DNA of 35,815 bases. Source: Octopus bimaculoides. Taxonomy: Eukaryota. The notes beneath the pieces are model-generated. The model was not told where the DNA came from and made no database searches. It was given only the letters and a program-made list of their open reading frames with translations. The stretch covers positions 115,579,480 through 115,615,294 of the forward strand of contig NC_068984.1 in the NCBI RefSeq assembly GCF_001194135.2, written 5' to 3'. Position 1 is the first letter of the stretch; the number at the start of each line of letters is the position of its first letter. A program made the translations under genes and the position numbers. This document shows, piece after piece, positions 22,090 through 33,086 of the stretch.

Positions 22090-22770
22090 GATGGTTAAAA
22101 GAAAATACTTTCCTTTACAACCTTGTTGCCAAGTAGGTGGTTGATCAAAATTTACTCGAAAATTAAAAAGAGAAAGCAAAGAACATACATAAAAAAGTTA
22201 TGCATGGGTATGTTTCCCATAAACTAGGAAAGGCTGACAGTATCAACATGAAGTGTAGCATCTTTTGAACTTGTGATTGTTACATTATGCCACATCTCAA
22301 AAGCTATGCTTTTGCAATTCAAGAGCAGGAAATAACTACAAGAAGTGAAACCATTAAAATCCCAGGATGCAAATGCAAGTATACATTACGTCACTCTTCT
22401 GTGGAGGACATAACACATGTAATCAGCAGTTGCCCAAAATTGTCATTGAGATACTACCTTCCACAGTGACACGATGTTATTGCCAAACAATTATACAATA
22501 CTACCCACAGAAAACACAGCCCTGAAATAAACATAAACAACACCTCTGTTATGGTATACTTACGTATCAGTACAAGGAATACTGGTCGAATATTTCCCTC
22601 AAAACTAAATTTCTACTAAGTGCCAACATAACAGACCTGACATTGTCATTTGGGACAGAAAAGAAAAGTTATGTATAGTCATAGAGTTTATTTGCCTTGC
22701 AGATGTGAACATCTCTTCTGAAATCAGTAAGAAACGGAATATCTATGAACAACTGCATTGAAGCCAGAAA
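22090..22770 (+). mobile_element. R4/Dong-like retrotransposon zinc knuckle and REL endonuclease region
   Basis: KVMHGY, LKSYAFAIQEQEITTR, CKC...VEDITHVISSCPKLSLRYYLP, HDVIAKQLYN, CQHNRPDIVIWDRKEKLCIVIEF (PD-(D/E)xK REL motif). Confidence 0.85.
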
Positions 22771-23030
22771 TTCCTCTACTCTCATTTTCAATTTGCACTA
22801 ATAATCATTAATCACTAATAATAACAATATTATGTTAGCAGTGTATCTAAATGAATTTGAACAGTGGAGCAGTGAAAGTGTGTGTGATTTTTATAAAGTT
22901 CAATATCTAACAATATAATAGAGTTTTTGTTTCTCCATATAATGGAGTTTTCAATTCTTTGTTTGAAATCACTTCCTTTATTCTAGAAAGAATGCCAATA
23001 AAGAACAAAACATACATACATACATACATT

Positions 23031-23620
23031 AGAGAAAAAGAGAACAACTACGCTGAGCTACTGAGAAATTTGCAGATACTCCACCCAGACTACAAGTTCA
23101 GATTCATACCCGTGATTGTTGGGGCATTGGGATATGTAACAAACTGCCTCAACAAAAACCTGGAAAAATTAGGGTTCTCAAAACCTGAAAGAAAAAGGCT
23201 GATAAGAAGACTACAGATTCAAGCCATCAATGGAACTGTAAAGATATGTAAAACTTTCTAAAAATTTAGCACATAAATACATATGCATGCATCTAGACAT
23301 GAAAATATATACATAAAAATGCATCCATAAAACAAACATACAAATCTGCGCATAAATACATATGCATACACCTAGACATGAAAATATATACATAAAAACG
23401 CATCCATAAAACAAACATACAAATCTGCGCATACACTAACACCAAATACTGCACACACACACACATATGCACAAATACCTAGATGATGTTGATAAAAGTT
23501 CCAATGAAAGAGCCTTGAATCTATGTTAGAGTTCGGCTCTTTCTCTATTGACAAGAAATACAGAAATGAAACTGATTGATAACATACATAGATACATACA
23601 TACATACATACATACATAAC
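23031..23620 (+). mobile_element. Young 5'-truncated R4/Dong-like copy (C-terminus and 3' UTR)
   Basis: REKENNYAELLRNLQILHPDYKFRFIPVIVGALGYVTNCLNKNLEKLGFSKPERKRLIRRLQIQAINGTVKICKTF; (CATA)n on both sides; 79-bp duplication at 23272-23432. Confidence 0.88.
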
Positions 23621-23639
23621 CAACCACACAAACAACCAG

Positions 23640-23755
23640 CTTATTAGAGTTGGCAACAGGAAGGGTATCAGAAAATCTTCCCCAATAAATTCCGTATAAC
23701 CCGTGCAAACATGGATGGAAAGTGTACATAAAAATGATGATGATGATGATGATGC
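23640..23755 (+). mobile_element. Family D-type tail fragment
   Basis: gttggcaacaggaagggtatc ... catggatggaaa ... aaatgatgatgatg. Confidence 0.6.
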
Positions 23756-24187
23756 TACAGCATTAATGAAAAGAGGCCTGCAAAATAAAATATAAATTAT
23801 TTCTGGCGTATAACTGATTAGATTATATTAAATATGGCTTCAAAAGCAAAGATTCTGCTATGAACAACACTTTACATTGCATTATTGAAAAATATCGATT
23901 TTTTTTTGTGAAGTAGTGCAAGGCCACACATTTTGTAGCAATGTCAAAGGGAATCGACTTTCTTTTATGACTTCTAATTATTTTATCAATGCTAGAATGA
24001 TGAAAGATAAAGATGTCACCACAGGGATTTGAAAGTAGCACTTCAAGGATTGAAACTTATATAATGTGAATTATTTAAATCAGCATACTATTATTTCTAC
24101 CACTACAGCATTTCTTTCCTATGTATATATGTGTGTGTGTGCATACATGAAAATATGAGACTTCCCTTCAAAGATGGTAACAGAGTG

Positions 24188-24681
24188 TGCAAATGTGGCC
24201 AATGACAGTACCGCCTGATTGGCACTCGTGCCAGTGGAACGTTAAAAGCACATCTGAGTGTGATTGTTGCCAGGGTCACGGATTGGCTCCCGTGCTGGTG
24301 ACACATGAAAAGCACCATTCAAGCATGATCGTTGCCAGCGTCGCCTTACCAGCACATGTGCCCATGGCATGTGAAAAACAACATTTGAGCATGGTCATTG
24401 CCAGTGCCACCAGACAGGCTCCCATGCAGGTAGCATGTAAAAACACCTTATGAGCATGAGCATGGTCTTTGCCAGAACCGTCTGATTGGCTCTCATGCTG
24501 GTGGCACGTAAAAAGCACCCACTACACTCTCGGAGTGGTTGGCATTCGGAGGGGCATCCAGCTGTAGAAACTTTACCAGACCAGATTGAGCCTGGTGCAG
24601 CATCTGGCTCACCAGTCCTCAGTCAAACTGTCCAACCCATACCAGCATGGAAAGCAGACGTTAAATGATGATGCTGATGAT
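24188..24681 (+). mobile_element. SINE-like family D: five ~65 bp units plus RTE-like tail
   Basis: Units start tgccag and contain aaaagcac; tail cactacactctcggagtggttggc ... catccagctgtagaaac ... gacgttaaatgatgatg. Confidence 0.85.
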
Positions 24682-24684
24682 ATA

Positions 24685-25979
24685 GAGGGTGGGGCAGAGA
24701 GGACACGCTTTTGAAAAATTCACAAAATCATTCATTTTAGCTGCAAACAAATTTTATTAACATCAATGTGTTCATATTGAATTAGCATTTGTCAAAATAA
24801 AGTGTAGAAGACAACATCCATTATGTGGTGTCCACTTTCATTGATGCATTTCTGAAGGCATTCTTGGAAGTTGGCCTCCATTCTCTCCAGCTTTGCTCTG
24901 TCAACTTGGGTGACTTCCACACAAATAGCTTCCTTCAAATCACCCAATGTATCAGGCTTGTGCGCATATACATGTGCCTTGAGATTTCCCCACAAGAAAT
25001 AATCACACGTGGACAAATCAGGGGTCCGAATGGGCCAAGGAATGTCAGCAAATCTGGAAATGAGGTGGTTACCAAAGAGAGGGCATAGAATGTCCATGAC
25101 TCTCTGGCTGTGTGGGCCATAGCCCCATCCTGCTGAAACCACACACATCAAATAGGCATATGTTTTCGTTGTAATTCAGGCACAAAGAAGTTGTTTATCA
25201 TCTTGATGTAATACTCAGAGTTCATAGTAAGAGCATTTCCATCATTGTCTTCAAAAAAGTAAGGACCAATGATGGCAGATTTTCCAACAGCACACCAGAC
25301 TGTCACTTTTGGGCTGTGCAGTTCTATTGGATTTTCAAGAGCCCAATAACGACAGTTCTGTTGATTTACTATGCCAGTGACATGAAAATGAGCTTCATCA
25401 CATCTTTAACAAAATGAGGTTGTCATTTGCCTCAAAAATTGTTTCCATCTAAAATGTGAAGTTAAGCCACTGTGCATAGTCCCATGGTTTCAACTGTTGC
25501 CAATGACCAATTTGTACGGGTGGAAGTGCAGGTCTTCATGCAAAATACGCCTTATCAATCGATTACTGATGCCAAGTTCAGTGGAATGCCTCCAAGCAGA
25601 GCAATTCCAACTCCATATCAAAGCTTGTCCAACGTGTTCCACATTTTCCAGGGTTTGTATCATTCATGGTGTCCCCACTGGTCTCCTATTCATTAGTGTA
25701 CCGTGTATACGATGTGCATTCTCCCAACGTTAAGTTTTCGGTGAATGTTGAAGTGGCGCTGAAACTCATGCTGAACTGCTGTGACAGACTCATTATTCTT
25801 CACATAACTGTCATAGGCAAATATGCAATGCTCTATCATCCACAGGGCCATGGCTTCACCTGAAAAGAAAAAAATGCTAGGAGACTATGAACCGAAAGGT
25901 ACCTGTTGGACATATGTCCCTCCCACTGGGGCTGAGTAATAGCCATTTCAAAAATGTCTGTTCTTTCTGCCCCACCCTG
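24685..25979 (-). mobile_element. Near-full-length Tc1/mariner-superfamily DD41D (rosa-type) transposon, pseudogenised
   Basis: TIRs (c/g)agggtggggcaga, TA at 24683-84 and 25980-81; motifs CDEAHFH, WFQQDGAMAHT, WPIRTPDLSTCDYFLWG; 41 residues between 2nd and 3rd Asp after repairing one frameshift. Confidence 0.92.
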
Positions 25980-26024
25980 TATATATATATATATATATAT
26001 TAGAAAAAATAATAAGGTCCTCAG

Positions 26025-26155
26025 ATATCTCACAAGGCTTTGGTCGGCCCGAGGCTATAGTTGAAGACACTTGCCCAAGATGCCACGCAGTGGGACTGAA
26101 CCCAGAACCATGTGGTTGGTAAGCAAGCTACTTACCACACAGCCACTCCTGCGCC
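26025..26155 (-). mobile_element. SINE family A head
   Basis: ctcacaaggctttggtcggcccgaggctatag ... gggactgaaccc ... cttaccacacagccactcctgcgcc. Confidence 0.9.
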
Positions 26156-26567
26156 TATATATATATTGATATAAATATATACGTGTGTATGTATTTATAC
26201 ACATTTACATACATATATATATATATATATAAATATATATACATACACACACACATACACAAACACACACACATATACTTTTGGTGATATAGATACATAT
26301 AATTCTAAAATACTAGAGTGTGGCCAATGGCATGTTTTTGAGCAACATAGACAAATACAGGTATATCAAATACCATACAATTTTAAAATTATCTCAACCT
26401 CTAGAGGAAGTGTCATAATTACCAGATGACAATTAAAACCTGCTTCATTCAATAAGGGGAGATAATTTCAATAAACAAGAATTCTGCATAGTCAACATAC
26501 CAATAAAGCAAAAGAATAGGCTCATTGTCTGGAGGTAAGCAGACAGACATCATACATATTTCTTATT

Positions 26568-26794
26568 TCTTTATTGCCTACAAGGGGCTAAACATAGAGG
26601 AGACAAACAAGGACAGGCAAACGGATTAAGTCGATTACATCGACCCCAGTGTGTAACTGGTACTTAATTTATCCACCCCGAAAGGATGAAGGGCAAAGTT
26701 GACCTCGGCGCAATTTGAACTCAGAACGTAGCGGCAGACGAAATACCACTAAGCATTTCGCCCGGTGTGCTAACGTTTCTGCCAGCTCGCCACC
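26568..26794 (-). mobile_element. tRNA-derived SINE family B, full length
   Basis: Head ggcgagctggcagaaacgttagc, B-box gagttcaaatt, central tcatcctttcggggtggataaattaagtaccag (resembles a conserved SINE core such as the Meta domain; unverified), aaataaga tail. Confidence 0.9.
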
Positions 26795-26972
26795 ATCATA
26801 GTTTCTACATTATACATGTTTCTACTTCAGTAAGCATCATCAACATGACAATTGTCCAACCTTAATGCCATTAACCAAGGGAAGTTTGATAGATAGATAG
26901 ACATAATAGTTAATAGATTGGATCCTTTGTATATGCACACAAATCAGCAAGGATTAAAATAGGGATGCATAC

Positions 26973-27258
26973 ATTTATTTTCAGTATGCTTCTGTACGCA
27001 AGAAAGTAAAAGGCATTCAGCATGGGATTTGTCTCTGAAAAATTTTTTCTTTATCAACTTTGTATGGAAAACCACATGAAGCCAAGTTGGAAATGATGCC
27101 AGCTGATAAACAGACATGGTGGTTTGGGGTGATCTCAAGGCTTACTGCCTCCATTGTTTGGAGTTAAGTTGCCTGAACCCAATATAATGCATGGTATTTC
27201 TAAGCTCCAATTGTGAGCTTGTGTCAACTCACAGATGTTCTGACTTCTAAATTCCTAT
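26973..27258 (-). CDS. Candidate exon with possible start codon (ATG at 27117)
   Basis: Acceptor ctgtacttatcttttag, ccaccATG context, MSVYQLASFPTWLHVVFHTKLIKKKFFRDKSHAECLLLSCVQKHTENK, donor AAT|GTATGC; two upstream ATGs weaken the call. Confidence 0.3.
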
Positions 27259-27299
27259 CTAAAAGATAAGTACAGGGCAAACTATTTATTAATAAATGA

Positions 27300-27450
27300 A
27301 TGACAGGACATCATTTAACATCTATTTTCCAGCCTGATTTGGCTTGGTTTCTATGACTGAATGCCCTTCCTAATGCCAACCACTGTACAGAGTATGCTGG
27401 GTGCTTTTTACGTGGTACCAGCACAGGTGCTTTTTATGTGGACCAGCACA
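27300..27450 (-). mobile_element. Family D-type tail fragment
   Basis: catcatttaac ... atgcccttcctaatgccaacc ... gggtgctttttacgtg. Confidence 0.7.
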
Positions 27451-28254
27451 AAGGCTCTTAGAACAAATGTTACATAAAGACATACATTGGCTACAGTAGT
27501 TTCCATTATTGAAAACTGTTTTCATAGTTAGTTCTTTACAGTGGGAAAAACTGTAAGCAAATGAATGTTATTACATAACTCCTTGTTTGTCATTACTTAA
27601 GATTATATATATACATACACACACAGAGACATATACACACACACATATATNNNNNNNNNNNNNNNNNNNNNNNNNNNNNNNNNNNNNNNNNNNNNNNNNN
27701 NNNNNNNNNNNNNNNNNNNNNNNNNNNNNNNNNNNNNNNNNNNNNNNNNNNNNNNNNNNNNNNNNNNACACACACACATACATATACATACGTAAATTTG
27801 TGTGTGTGTGAGTGTCTGTGAACAAAGATAAAAAGAGAGGATGGGGAGAGAGGGTGGTAGAACAGGTAGTAATTCGGATTTAGAATGGTTTGGAAGCCCT
27901 TAAGGATCTTTGGAAAGCGACAGAATGGGCAAGTTAAGAAAATTTACAATAAGAAATCTGCTGAATCAGGATTCCAAATTGCTGCTCAACAACAACAACA
28001 ATCAAAAACCAAAACATCAACAGCAACAAAATGAGAGAGAGAGAGAGAGAAATATATTGATCCAACATCTCTTTGACTTCTGGAGATATCTATATATGAA
28101 TGTTCGTCCACAGTAAATTTCTGACATCGAAACCGTCAAATGTAATTTCCTTTTAAACCGTTATTGACATCTAATTATAGAAGAGAGAAATTGATATAAT
28201 AGGATGTTTTTATTTCGTGTAAGATGAAATTTACACGAAATGCTGATAAGATGG

Positions 28255-28415
28255 TAATAATGATGAAGATGAGAACGACGACGATGATGTTGATGATGAT
28301 GACAATGATGGCGGCGGCTGTGGCGACGTGGACGTTTACGACGACAATGACGATAATAAAAATGACAACTTTGACAAAAACGACGATGAACATGATGCAT
28401 ATAATGGTAATGACA
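28255..28415. repeat. Degenerate (GAT/GAC)n low-complexity tract
   Basis: Seen directly; generates spurious Asp-, Met/Thr- and His-rich ORFs. Confidence 0.8.
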
Positions 28416-28742
28416 GCTATTTCAACTCTTTACCATTTATCCGAAAACTTACAGACGTTGAAATATTTTCGAACCGTATTTTACAATTATATAAATTATC
28501 GAAATTCTTTCATTTATATTTACGGTGAACATGAAATAAAATCTAATACAAACACAGGATATTTTAATCGAAACTGTAAACATAAAAGTTATTTTTCTGA
28601 ACAGATTCTATAATTATATATTACCGATCGTATCAATGTCAAATCGTTCAGTTTACTGTTGTTTTTGCTTGTTTGTTGTTTTTGTTGGTTGTCTTTATTT
28701 CAAAATATGCAACTTAATCGATTCGTACATTCATACACATAC

Positions 28743-28855
28743 TTCTTACACAGTCCAGCTGAAAGAAGTCGACAGTTTAGTGTCGTAAAAAAAAAAAAAA
28801 CTGAAAATTAATTGCAATGGATACTGGAAGTGACGACAGCGAAATCCCATAATTT
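28743..28855 (-). promoter_or_regulatory. Candidate promoter and short first exon
   Basis: GGAAGTGACG (ETS/CRE composite) at 28826-28835, ATCCCATAAT (ZNF143/Staf-like) nearby, minus-strand donors GTAAGA (28749) and GTATGT (28742). Confidence 0.4.
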
Positions 28856-28916
28856 CTTCATATTTATATAACACGAAAATGATACATAGAACGTACAAAT
28901 AGCTTTTTCACGTATT

Positions 28917-29219
28917 GTGGCTTATTGGTTAAGGTATTCGGCTCACGATCATATAGTAGTGGGTTCGATTCTTGGCAGCGCATTATGTCCGTGAGCAAGA
29001 CATTTTATTTCACGTTGCTCCAGTCCATTCAGCAGGCTAAAATGAGTTGTACTTGTAATTCGAAAGGTCAGCCCTGTCATATTCTCTGTCACGCCGAATC
29101 TCCCTGAGAACTATGTGTTTGTGGAGTGCTCGGCCACTTGCATGTTAATTTCACGAGCTGGCTGTTCCGTTGATCGGATCAACTGGAACACTCGTCATCG
29201 TAACCGACGGAGTACCAGT
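28917..29219 (+). mobile_element. tRNA-derived SINE sharing its tail with family C
   Basis: gtggcttattggttaagg ... gggttcgattc head; tail ggtcagcc ... gatcggatcaactggaac ... cgacggagt equals the reverse complement of 1141-1310. Confidence 0.85.
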
Positions 29220-29512
29220 TATTAGTTAGTTATGCTCATACAGACACGATATAAAGCAACTCTTGTTCAGCAGTCACCTGAATTTCTCATTGGCGAGTTT
29301 TCATCGTCCTTCGATAATCTTTGTATTGATGTTCTCATCATTAGTTAAACAAAATTTAAAGAATGGTTCACAAATTCACAACTATATATGTGGCCTAAAC
29401 TAATATAAGAAGCCTACCCATCGGATATCAAACGCGTCCATGTAGTTTTTCACTGCTGTTCGTTGTTGTATAAACTATATTGCAGCTGTATACTTCAACT
29501 GCTATTTCAGAA

Positions 29513-30144
29513 ATGGGTTCTTTCTGATTTGGCGGACACCACTTGTTTTCTTAACGAAACACTTTCAAACTTCAGACACTGGTAGAATGTGTCATATAAA
29601 ACATCTTTTACTCTTAGTGTTATTGAGAAAAAAATTTATATTCGAAGTTATTTCGTGTTAAAAGTTGTCGTATTTCGGTAATTTCAACCAATCACTGACG
29701 TCTATTGAGATGAAAACAATTACTGCTGTAGATTGTCAATAAAACGTTGTGCGGTGTAATGAGATCTTTTCCCGTGAATAAAATTAGTGCCGTTGTTTGT
29801 CAACAACTATCGGCGGTACTGTTATTTATGATATCGTTCGTGCGTTTGTACTGGTTTTAGCTTTAGGGTTTTAGGATTAGGGTTCGGGTTTTAGAGTTAG
29901 GGTTAGGGTTTTAGGGTTAGGGTTATGAGTATTTTTGCCAAATTTAGTGAAAAATTTGTGGCGGTGTACTGAACAGATTTTCACCAAATTTGGCAAAAAT
30001 GCTCATAACCCTAACCCTAACTCTAAAACCCGAACCCTAATCCTAAAACCCTAAAGCTAAAACCAGTACAAACGCACGAACGATATCATAAATAACAGTA
30101 CCGCCGATAGTTGTTGACAAACAACGGCACTAATTTTATTCACG
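29513..30144. mobile_element. Non-autonomous DNA element with TTAGGG-like repeats forming a long foldback
   Basis: Arms 29773-29959 and 29973-30144 are near-perfect inverted repeats; the right arm runs into a gap. Family (MITE or Helentron-like) not determined. Confidence 0.6.
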
Positions 30145-31594
30145 NNNNNNNNNNNNNNNNNNNNNNNNNNNNNNNNNNNNNNNNNNNNNNNNNNNNNNNN
30201 NNNNNNNNNNNNNNNNNNNNNNNNNNNNNNNNNNNNNNNNNNNNNNNNNNNNNNNNNNNNNNNNNNNNNNNNNNNNNNNNNNNNNNNNNNNNNNNNNNNN
30301 NNNNNNNNNNNNNNNNNNNNNNNNNNNNNNNNNNNNNNNNNNNNNNNNNNNNNNNNNNNNNNNNNNNNNNNNNNNNNNNNNNNNNNNNNNNNNNNNNNNN
30401 NNNNNNNNNNNNNNNNNNNNNNNNNNNNNNNNNNNNNNNNNNNNNNNNNNNNNNNNNNNNNNNNNNNNNNNNNNNNNNNNNNNNNNNNNNNNNNNNNNNN
30501 NNNNNNNNNNNNNNNNNNNNNNNNNNNNNNNNNNNNNNNNNNNNNNNNNNNNNNNNNNNNNNNNNNNNNNNNNNNNNNNNNNNNNNNNNNNNNNNNNNNN
30601 NNNNNNNNNNNNNNNNNNNNNNNNNNNNNNNNNNNNNNNNNNNNNNNNNNNNNNNNNNNNNNNNNNNNNNNNNNNNNNNNNNNNNNNNNNNNNNNNNNNN
30701 NNNNNNNNNNNNNNNNNNNNNNNNNNNNNNNNNNNNNNNNNNNNNNNNNNNNNNNNNNNNNNNNNNNNNNNNNNNNNNNNNNNNNNNNNNNNNNNNNNNN
30801 NNNNNNNNNNNNNNNNNNNNNNNNNNNNNNNNNNNNNNNNNNNNNNNNNNNNNNNNNNNNNNNNNNNNNNNNNNNNNNNNNNNNNNNNNNNTATATATAT
30901 ATATATATGTAATGGTTAAGATGGAACCCTCGTCGGAGTGCTCCTATATATACACAATTGAAGCAGTATTAAATTGTAATAGCTTTCTATGCGTCATCCT
31001 TGGCGTATATAGACTACTAACAGGCAAGATACTACAGTTTCTGTCCAAATAAAAATCTTATAGATGTGTTGTGTTAAAAAATACAATATATCTAAGAGAA
31101 AGAGGGAAAATGATCTTGGCAGTATCTAGCGTGGACGCCTTCTTAGGCTTTGTCTATATACCTATGTTTGTCGGTTTTGTCCAAATACATGTTACTGGCC
31201 ATTCTGGGTTGTTTTCCTTTGCTCATTTTTCTTTGAATTATAAATTATCTAGGTCATAAATGTGTTCAACTCTTTTTGTATACGTCTAAGTCTCTTAGCT
31301 CCTGGAAGTTAGTACGATTGTAGTGCTGATGACGCTTTTGTAGCAGAAATATGTGATCATGATTGTCCCCCTTATCTTCAGGCAATGACCCTACTCATTT
31401 CCATAATGACATGTCGACTTTGGAGACTTCTTGATTATTGAGATATTTCCCCTTCTCGTAAGGTGCTAGTCTTAATTGCCACTTGGTAATTATGATACAT
31501 CCAGACGGAAACAATTTTAATAAATCCAAATCACGAATTTATGTTGTACAGTATTTGATGAACATGTGTTTGTCTATGCTGCATTTCCATAGAT

Positions 31595-31600
31595 ATAAAT

Positions 31601-31645
<45 letters not shown>
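31595..31645. repeat. (TAGA)n microsatellite
   Basis: Seen directly. Confidence 0.95.
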
Positions 31646-32967
31646 AAAACGGGAAGAGAAAAATACATATTTTGCAGCGGCTTGGAATCTATTGGGCAAA
31701 TCACAAACTGAAGGCTTTAGTAGTAGTAGTAGTAGTAGTAACTTGGATCCAAGTGATTTTTAATCGACCAGATCTCTGATCAGTGGCGCTCCAACACTGA
31801 CATTCTATCTAGAATAGTGTTATTCAATATTATGTAATATTACTTTCTTTTCTTTGTAAGACAACAATGTGTGGATTGAATTAGAATTAGGTTGTTGTTT
31901 CTCGCAGGTTGAGTGACCACATAGAAACTTCCCTCATCGGTTCGCGCTTCAGGTTTATTTGAAGACTTATTTGATGAAGAAAATTCCTATACACAAAGAG
32001 CAGAAGAAAACAAACTAGGAGTCCCCACCAAAACTAGTGATGTGATTACCACGTTTGAAACATTAATTACATAATATACTTCAAACAACATTCAAAGAGA
32101 AAAAAATATATAACATAAGTCACGTATTACAGAAAGTATAGATGCACACACAAACAACGTTTATTTTCAAACCAATATGCTTTTGGTTTAGCAGATTACA
32201 TATTTATATGACTTAGAACGTTTTTCTTCTTATACAAACATTTAAGTTTCCGGTGAGCTTCTGATAAATTCTGTTATTTCTCACATGTTATATTTAATCC
32301 TATTAACGAAACCCAGTTTCTGTTATCTACTAAAATGAAGAAAGAAAAAAAAATTGAGCCAAAGAAAGAACTAATTTGTAAATCATGTAACGTTATGTTT
32401 TCTTTGTTCGCTATAAAACCTTTAACACAGTAACTTTAAATCAAACGAAAAGAACACGTTTCCCCGAGTTCAAATATAAAGTATTTAAGCCATAATTTTT
32501 TTTTCGTAAAGAACATAAATATATATTTTTGATCTGTTATTCAATGCTTGCTTTCATTAGAGATTAAAATATTAAGACAACAACGAAGCTTTTCTTTTAT
32601 TTGGTTTTATTTTATTTTCGTAAATAAAAATCAATTTTGAGACTTAGTTTGGAAGTATGTGAGTATATGCGTGTGCGTGTATGTATCTATATCTGTATGT
32701 ATGTACATATACGTACGTGTGTGTATGCATGAAAATGAAAATGTATATGCATATATAAACAGATGTATGTATATATATATATATATATAAACATACACAC
32801 CCGCGCACACATATACAAACAGATGCAAGTATAGCTAAGATGTTTGCTCTATCCAGCAATTTTAGAAAACAAAATTATTTTCTGTATAAGCGATGTATGT
32901 AGACTAAGCATCTATCTATCTATCTATCTATCTATCTTATATAATCATCTATAATTGTGATCTTAGA

Positions 32968-33086
32968 CGGAGGCGCGACTGTGTGGTAATGTTTGTTGCG
33001 CAACCACATGGTTCCGGCTTCAGTCACGTAGGACCTAGGGCAAGTGTCTATTATAGCCTACTAAAGGCGGCGAGCTAGCAGAAACG
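32968..33086 (+). mobile_element. SINE family A head followed by family B head fragment
   Basis: ggaggcgcgactgtgtggtaa ... ggttccggcttcagtc ... gggcaagtgtc, then aaaggcggcgagctagcagaaacg. Confidence 0.65.

Noticed and set aside
27003-27030. HAE motif suggesting an AID/APOBEC-like deaminase
   Set aside because: No downstream PCxxC motif found in any phase-compatible candidate exon; HAE alone is too short to be evidence.
28224-28613. 129-aa Met/Thr-rich ORF and Asp-rich alternative frame
   Set aside because: Products of a degenerate (GAT/GAC)n tract; several frames are open and there is no domain signature.
29860-30065. TTAGGG repeats as a true telomere or chromosome fusion site
   Set aside because: The repeats are short, degenerate and embedded in longer non-telomeric arms, with G-rich then C-rich strands separated by unique sequence; better explained by an element foldback.
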